Source of the DNA: Ignavibacteriota bacterium
GTDB taxonomy: Bacteria > Bacteroidota > Ignavibacteria > UBA10030
DNA: 64,000 nt
Direction: 5' to 3'
NCBI GenBank assembly: GCA_963701295.1
Contig: OY969585.1
Location: 3,232,001 to 3,296,000 of the forward strand
Positions 58,460 through 64,000 of this stretch are shown here, piece after piece (position 1 is the stretch's first letter; each line of letters opens with the position of its first letter). The notes beneath the pieces are model-generated. The model did not search any database. It was not told where the DNA came from and saw only the letters and a list, made by a program, of their open reading frames with translations. The translations under genes and the position numbers were made by a program.

Positions 58460-60694
58460 TCAAGCAGGACTGAGTTTTGCATATTTCACTATAAGATTCT
58501 TTCTACCATATTCATCAAATAGTACAATTGCTTTTTGGGTTTCCCCTTTCCCGTTTACTTCCACCACGCGACCGCGTCCGAACAATTCATGCTTAACAAT
58601 AATCCCACGCTTAATCTCGAAATGCTCCTGAGATTCTGCCTCATAATCCGGCATCGTATCGCCAAAATACGCTGATCCTTCTTTTGATTTCTGACGAACC
58701 GATCGTTTTGAAGTTGCTGTCGGTTTATCAAACTCGAACAGCGGCACACCTGGTGATTGATGTGGAATGCGTTTGCTAATTCGTTCAATATTTTCAGTAC
58801 CCAATTCAGAGAGGAATCGAGATTCACTTGGATAGGTAACATCGCCAAAACGATAGCGCAGGTTCGTGTAGGTAATATAGAGCTTTTGCTCCGCACGAGT
58901 AATACCGACATAAAAGAGCCGTCGTTCTTCTTCCACATCCGCGGATTCAAGCGTGCTCGAATAGAATGGAAGAAGTCCTTCCTCTAATCCTGCAATGATC
59001 ACAACTGGAAACTCAAGGCCTTTTGATGCATGCAACGTCATCAATGTGACAGAATTTTGTTCTCCCTCCCATGTGTCAATATCGGACACAAGCGCAACTT
59101 CTTCGAGAAATAATTCGAGTGTTGCATTTGGTTTCTCGTGACTGAATTCAGAGATGGCTGAAAGCAGCTCTTGCACGTTTTCCCACCTGCCCATCGATTC
59201 AGCAGTTTGTTCTTCTTTGAAAGCTGTCAGAATTCCCAACTCATCTACAAGTGAGCGGGCAAGCTCACTGAATGTCATCTGTGGACGCAGCATCTGATAT
59301 TTTTCGATAAGGGTTCTAAATTGTGCAAGGCTACTCTTTGCCCGATTCGTCAACTCCGTGATCTCTTCTATTCTCTTCAGCGAATCGAAAATCGATATAG
59401 AGTGTACGCCACTAAACGCACGAACGTGTTCTACGGTGACATCGCCAATTCCGCGTGCAGGATAATTGAGAATACGCAACAAACTTTCTTCGTCAGTAGG
59501 ATTGGCCAACAGCCGCAAGTATGCAAGTATATCTTTTATTTCCTTTCGTTCGTAAAACCGCGTACCTCCAACAATCTCATAGGGGATCGCGTTCTTTCTG
59601 AATGCCTCCTCCAGTGCACGGGACTGGGCATTTGTTCGATAGAGCACGGCAAAATCTTTCAGATCGAGTTTACGCTGTTGACCTTCTTGTTGGATAGCTC
59701 GGACAATCTTGCTTCCCTCCTCATGGTCATCTGCACACTGAACAAGTGTCACCGGCTCGCCCAATGGGTTTGCTGTCCACAGATTTTTCTTTAACTGTTC
59801 TTTGTTGAAGTGAATGAGCTGATCTGCGACAGAGATAATCGACTTTGTAGAGCGGTAGTTTTGCTCCAGGCGAAAGAGCTGACAATCTGAAAAGTCCTTT
59901 TGAAAATCAAGAATGTTACGAATATCGGCTCCGCGGAAAGAATAAATGCTCTGTGCATCATCGCCCACAACAGAAATATTGCGATACTTGGTCCCAAGCA
60001 ACTGAACAACCCGATATTGTGCACGATTTGTATCTTGAAACTCATCTACCAGAATAAATTTAAACCGATCTTGATATTTTTCCAACACCGCTTTCTTCTT
60101 CTCAAAGAGTTCAATCGGTTTTACCAAAAGATCGTCGAAATCCATAGCATTGCTTCGTTCGAGTGTCTTTTGATATTCAGCATAGACAAGTGCCGCCTTT
60201 TCATCAAAAAGGTCTCGTGCAAGTTCGGCATACCTGCCGGGTGAAAGATATTGATTCTTTGCCATGCTCATACGCGAACGAATCGCGATTGGATTGAATT
60301 GCTGTGTTGGCAGATTTAATTTCGTCATCACTTTTTTGATGGCACTGAGCGAATCATCAGAATCATAAATGGTGAAAGCAGGTGTGAACTTCAGGTGCAT
60401 ACATTCTTTGCGGAGAATCCGTGCGAACATGGAATGGAATGTACCCATCCAGAGATTGCCCGCTTCATCACCCTTGAGCTTGATGATGCGGTTCTTCATC
60501 TCATTCGCTGCTTTGTTTGTGAACGTGAGTGCAAGAATTTGATACGAAGGCACACCGCATGCCATAAGATAAGCAATGCGATAGGTAAGCACGCGCGTTT
60601 TTCCGCTGCCGGCTCCGGCGATGATCATAACCGGGCCATTTGTGGCTTTCACTGCTTTAATTTGAGCTGGATTGAGATCTTCGAGAAATTTCAT
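58460..60694 (-). CDS. pcrA: ATP-dependent DNA helicase PcrA/UvrD
   Basis: AGAGSGKT, FTNKAA, VDEFQDTN, VGDDAQSIY.FRGA, LEQNYRS, TLHASKGLEF, EERRLFYV.ITRA; C-terminal Tudor-like domain. Confidence 0.96.
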   Translation of the reverse strand: MKFLEDLNPAQIKAVKATNGPVMIIAGAGSGKTRVLTYRIAYLMACGVPSYQILALTFTNKAANEMKNRIIKLKGDEAGNLWMGTFHSMFARILRKECMHLKFTPAFTIYDSDDSLSAIKKVMTKLNLPTQQFNPIAIRSRMSMAKNQYLSPGRYAELARDLFDEKAALVYAEYQKTLERSNAMDFDDLLVKPIELFEKKKAVLEKYQDRFKFILVDEFQDTNRAQYRVVQLLGTKYRNISVVGDDAQSIYSFRGADIRNILDFQKDFSDCQLFRLEQNYRSTKSIISVADQLIHFNKEQLKKNLWTANPLGEPVTLVQCADDHEEGSKIVRAIQQEGQQRKLDLKDFAVLYRTNAQSRALEEAFRKNAIPYEIVGGTRFYERKEIKDILAYLRLLANPTDEESLLRILNYPARGIGDVTVEHVRAFSGVHSISIFDSLKRIEEITELTNRAKSSLAQFRTLIEKYQMLRPQMTFSELARSLVDELGILTAFKEEQTAESMGRWENVQELLSAISEFSHEKPNATLELFLEEVALVSDIDTWEGEQNSVTLMTLHASKGLEFPVVIIAGLEEGLLPFYSSTLESADVEEERRLFYVGITRAEQKLYITYTNLRYRFGDVTYPSESRFLSELGTENIERISKRIPHQSPGVPLFEFDKPTATSKRSVRQKSKEGSAYFGDTMPDYEAESQEHFEIKRGIIVKHELFGRGRVVEVNGKGETQKAIVLFDEYGRKNLIVKYAKLSPA

Positions 60695-60719
60695 CAACAT
60701 ATGAATTCTATGAGGTAAA

Positions 60720-60748
60720 ATGGTAAGGATAAATTACACGGAGGGCAA
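60720..60748 (-). promoter_or_regulatory. promoter of pcrA (TTGCCC-17-TACCAT)
   Basis: 17-nt spacing; -10 about 25 nt upstream of the ATG. Confidence 0.5.
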
Positions 60749-60825
60749 GAAAACTATAAAGATTTCTTCAACCGGTTTTCAACAATGAGCTATGAGGAAC
60801 ATCTAAGAAAAATGGCCGCCGCGCG

Positions 60826-61335
60826 TCATACAGGCAGTGCACCTTCAAGTCGAAGAAGAAATTCCTTAGTCTTCAATCCTGCCGCGTAGCCGATAAGTCT
60901 TGAGTTCGATCCGATGACTCGATGACATGGAACAACAATGGGAAGCGGATTCGAACCATTGGCTTTTCCCACCGCTTGAAACCCGCGCTGTACTCCCACT
61001 CGCTTTGCAAGTTCCTTATAGGAAATTGTTTTTCCATACCGGATTCTTTTTAATTCCAACCACACACGACGCTGGAATTCCGTCCCCACCGGATCGAGAT
61101 GGCTATGGAATTTCACAAGCCGTCGGTCGAAGTAGCGATTCAATTCATCGATAATCTGGCGATTCTTTGTTGATGTTTCGATAAGTTCAGCATCTGCAAA
61201 TTTCTTCTGCAACCATGCAAGGAATTCCTTTTTCGTTTGAGCAGGAATACTGATCTTGCAAACACCCAATGTTGTGGAGGCAACGTGGATTGTGCCGATC
61301 TTTGAGTTGAAGGAGGTATAGTAAATTTTCGTCAT
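60826..61335 (-). CDS. ogt: methylated-DNA--protein-cysteine methyltransferase
   Basis: GTEFQRRVW, ISYKELA, AVGKANGSNP, VPCHRVI. Confidence 0.95.
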   Translation of the reverse strand: MTKIYYTSFNSKIGTIHVASTTLGVCKISIPAQTKKEFLAWLQKKFADAELIETSTKNRQIIDELNRYFDRRLVKFHSHLDPVGTEFQRRVWLELKRIRYGKTISYKELAKRVGVQRGFQAVGKANGSNPLPIVVPCHRVIGSNSRLIGYAAGLKTKEFLLRLEGALPV

Positions 61336-61454
61336 TGTTCTGATAGATTTCCCCAAACAGGTTCTACTTTTAATTCACATTTCTTCTTTATACTTGACCT
61401 GATACTGATTTTTTATTGATTTATCATGAAAAGAAGCCAGCCGAAAGCCGAAAA

Positions 61455-61483
61455 AGTATAACCAAAAGGTAGCTGAAAGGCAA
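61455..61483 (-). promoter_or_regulatory. promoter of ogt (TTGCCT-17-TATACT)
   Basis: TTGCCT TTCAGCTACCTTTTGGT TATACT. Confidence 0.6.
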
Positions 61484-61533
61484 GCACTCTCGTCCATCTG
61501 TAGGTTTTTTTTAAGAAAATATCTTGACAAAAC

Positions 61534-64000
61534 TTAGAAAAATGCCTTTGCTTCCATCCGCGCAAAATGAACTGGTGTGTGCCCTCCTTCACTCCGCCCA
61601 TTATAATTAATCGATAATTGCAGATTACTGCTAATACGAAAATCGAATATCAATTGCCAGAGATAGCTTTGCCCGATGACTTTCCCTTCAGTAAATTCAT
61701 ACGGTAAGGAAAGGGTTGGATCTTTGACATTAGCTAGAACGACTTCTTCACGGTTCACTTCCGCTTGCAATTGTCCTTCACCTGGAAACGATTGGACAAT
61801 CCTGATACCTTCTACATTGATATTCGCAGTCGCATTTATCCCGGCGAAACTATTTACTATTTCTGTTACACCAAAATTAAAGCCAACTTCCCAATTCAAC
61901 GCCGGTTTATAAGAAAAATCAGATAACAGGGCATTTGAAACCAAATCGCGCTCACTCGTTGATGCTGGGAATGCGGTTAATCGATCCGTTTTATTGATGA
62001 AATCTGTTTGATTGCCGATTTCTTGCACCAGTTGTGAACGCACTCGAATAGACTTCTCCTGCGTATAACTTTCTTCTACTCCTGAGACAAATTGTGACAG
62101 CCCGTACTGCTCGTTGTAACGAAATCGGAACGACAGATCTGAGTTATTCTCAAAAAGAAAAACATCTTGTGTAATTTGTTGTGAACCAGCAATGGTCGTT
62201 TGATCGTTCAAGAAGCGCGAGAAGTTGAGCAAATAAATTTGTTTCGTGTCTGTTTCTTTGCTTTTTTCATCCACACGTAAATATGTTTCAGTTGAAATCG
62301 ACCGGAGTACTTTATTAAACCATTCGGAAGAAGCCGGAATAAGACGTGCAGGTTGCAACCGCAAGCGAATACTCGCTTTGAGATCTGCGACCGGATATAA
62401 TTGATCACTTGGCAGGTAGACAACAATATAGTCACCATCGAATCGGGTAAGTTCAAAATCATCTTCATCAACAACACCGTTACCATTCTTATCACCCAGA
62501 TACCGGTAGTTACCGCTCCCCGGTGTAACCCGGACAAATATTCTCTCCAATTGTGCAGAGCGCTGATTGGAAAATTCATAATAGAGATCGGTTTCTATGG
62601 CTCGCTGGAAAGGTGTAAAACGTGTTTGGGATCGAACGAGAACGGCATCTGAATTAAGATTTCCATGCGACTTGAATTCGTCAGTGAACTCAACGTTGCG
62701 AAGGTTCAATGCAAGTGAACTCGAAAGCAACTGGTTATCGTTCAATTGCCATGTGTACAGTTGCGTGACTGACTGCGATGCACGATGGAGAGCTCCAACA
62801 GCGGCACTGTCTTCTGTTCGAAACTGGAGTTCGAATGATGCGGTCATCTTAGCATATTCAGCAGTGGTGAGCCGTGGCGCAATCTCTAGAAAGCGGAAAC
62901 TACCCAGACTCATCGAATCCAGTCCAGTCGGCATGGCAATACGTTCTTCGGATTCAATGCGAAATCCAGGACGCCATTTGGCAATCTCATACTCTGCAAT
63001 GCCATGCTGGCGAGTCCAATGTGATCCATCGTGCAAAAGTGTGTTCGAAGTATTTATCATTTCTATCTGGTACTGAGCTGTCGCCAGATTCGAGTCTGCA
63101 ATTCCAAGGTCGATCTGCGTTCTTGTTGATTGTACTTCACCGGGCCGACTGAGCGCACCGTATGACGCTACGCCACTTACACTTCGCGTAGGACGATAGG
63201 CGAAGGAGAATTCCTGTATATCCTCGTCGGCAGTTGCCACTTCCGTAAGATTCCATTTACGATTGAACTCTACTTCATTTACACGATCCATCGCAAGAAA
63301 GCGCCGATCCACAAACCGATCGGAAATATGCGCATCCACTTCACCGATATTCGATCCTCCAATAATCAACCGTTTTGGATTGTACCGAGCAGCAAACATG
63401 AACGCACCGCCTTTCATGCTAGATGTATCATCTATAGAAAATCGATTTTGATCAAAACGGCTCATCGCGTATTCGCCGGAGAGCGAGAAATCTGAACCGA
63501 GCGATGCTTGTCCGTTCACGTCAATCACTTGATGAAGTTGCGGCATCGGCAAAAATTGCACGGGAATGTAACTCCCCTCTCCGATCCCTTTGAAATGAAA
63601 TTCACCCGTTGCAACACGATCGTATCCGGCAGAATCAGCAGGCACACTCTCCACAGGCGAGAAATACGCCGTATAGCGAGCCAGCGAATCGCCGGGCGAA
63701 TACTCAAGAATCGAATAATGCCTGCCATTGATTACTGTGTCCTGCAAAATATACTGACCCTTACCGGTATCCACCTTGGCAATTCCAGATACAGATGCTT
63801 TCATACGATCGCCACCGCTTTGCCGAAGGATAGCACGAGTTGAGTCATTTAACGAAAAATCTATCGGTGAATCAGGATCGTCCGCTTCCTGTGCAAATGA
63901 AACATTCAATTTTAATCCATGACCGAACGCACTCTCGCTTAGGCTTCCTGCAATAAGATTGCGAACGAATTGTTGGTCGGAATATTCAAAATCGATCGTG
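61534..64000 (-). CDS. large conserved hypothetical outer-membrane protein, 5' end outside the window
   Basis: The frame stays open to 64000 (...TIDFEYSDQQFVRNL...); beta-strand periodicity; DKNGNGVVDEDD Ca-loop-like motif; ends ...EAKAFF. Confidence 0.7.
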   Translation of the reverse strand, partial: TIDFEYSDQQFVRNLIAGSLSESAFGHGLKLNVSFAQEADDPDSPIDFSLNDSTRAILRQSGGDRMKASVSGIAKVDTGKGQYILQDTVINGRHYSILEYSPGDSLARYTAYFSPVESVPADSAGYDRVATGEFHFKGIGEGSYIPVQFLPMPQLHQVIDVNGQASLGSDFSLSGEYAMSRFDQNRFSIDDTSSMKGGAFMFAARYNPKRLIIGGSNIGEVDAHISDRFVDRRFLAMDRVNEVEFNRKWNLTEVATADEDIQEFSFAYRPTRSVSGVASYGALSRPGEVQSTRTQIDLGIADSNLATAQYQIEMINTSNTLLHDGSHWTRQHGIAEYEIAKWRPGFRIESEERIAMPTGLDSMSLGSFRFLEIAPRLTTAEYAKMTASFELQFRTEDSAAVGALHRASQSVTQLYTWQLNDNQLLSSSLALNLRNVEFTDEFKSHGNLNSDAVLVRSQTRFTPFQRAIETDLYYEFSNQRSAQLERIFVRVTPGSGNYRYLGDKNGNGVVDEDDFELTRFDGDYIVVYLPSDQLYPVADLKASIRLRLQPARLIPASSEWFNKVLRSISTETYLRVDEKSKETDTKQIYLLNFSRFLNDQTTIAGSQQITQDVFLFENNSDLSFRFRYNEQYGLSQFVSGVEESYTQEKSIRVRSQLVQEIGNQTDFINKTDRLTAFPASTSERDLVSNALLSDFSYKPALNWEVGFNFGVTEIVNSFAGINATANINVEGIRIVQSFPGEGQLQAEVNREEVVLANVKDPTLSLPYEFTEGKVIGQSYLWQLIFDFRISSNLQLSINYNGRSEGGHTPVHFARMEAKAFF

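Noticed and set aside
1-64000. CRISPR arrays, rRNA, intact transposases/integrases, and the many short overlapping ORFs in the track
   Set aside because: No repeat-spacer array, rRNA or recombinase motif was found; the remaining short ORFs are antisense or alternate-frame shadows of well-supported genes

Overview
A 64-kb piece of a bacterial chromosome. The likely source is an Ignavibacteria/Chlorobi-like member of the FCB group, inferred from a T9SS C-terminal sorting domain (NYPNPFNPSTTI), bshA, canonical sigma70-like promoters and Shine-Dalgarno sites. The backbone is housekeeping: tsaD-chorismate mutase-mltG; rpmB; pgsA-pgpA-cinA-thpR-recA-recX; rel-ruvX-mtgA; der; tRNA-Pro(CGG); folP-GT2-pcm-miaA; an Rrf2-led suf operon with sod; an ABC transporter; bshA; pcrA; ogt. 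Accessory blocks interrupt it. (1) A 7-kb block (GH-A hydrolase plus a DHS-like synthase/ornithine decarboxylase/alr operon) is bracketed by a 28/31-bp direct repeat that is itself a complete promoter. (2) An AT-rich ankyrin + Zn-ribbon islet splits recA from recX. (3) A T9SS NHL-repeat gene is flanked by two synonymously diverged copies of the 3' end of an exonuclease gene. (4) An 11-kb signalling cluster carries three kinases, a NarL-type regulator and a LacI-family protein with no HTH. Features missed by the ORF track include an internally deleted upp pseudogene, an internally deleted IS30 element retaining both ends, several REP-like palindromes, an out-of-frame start at an A8 tract, and two +1 frameshifts in the suf operon at the same hexamer (AGTACC). 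No CRISPR array, rRNA, integrase or intact transposase was seen. All calls come from reading motifs by eye; no database searches were run.
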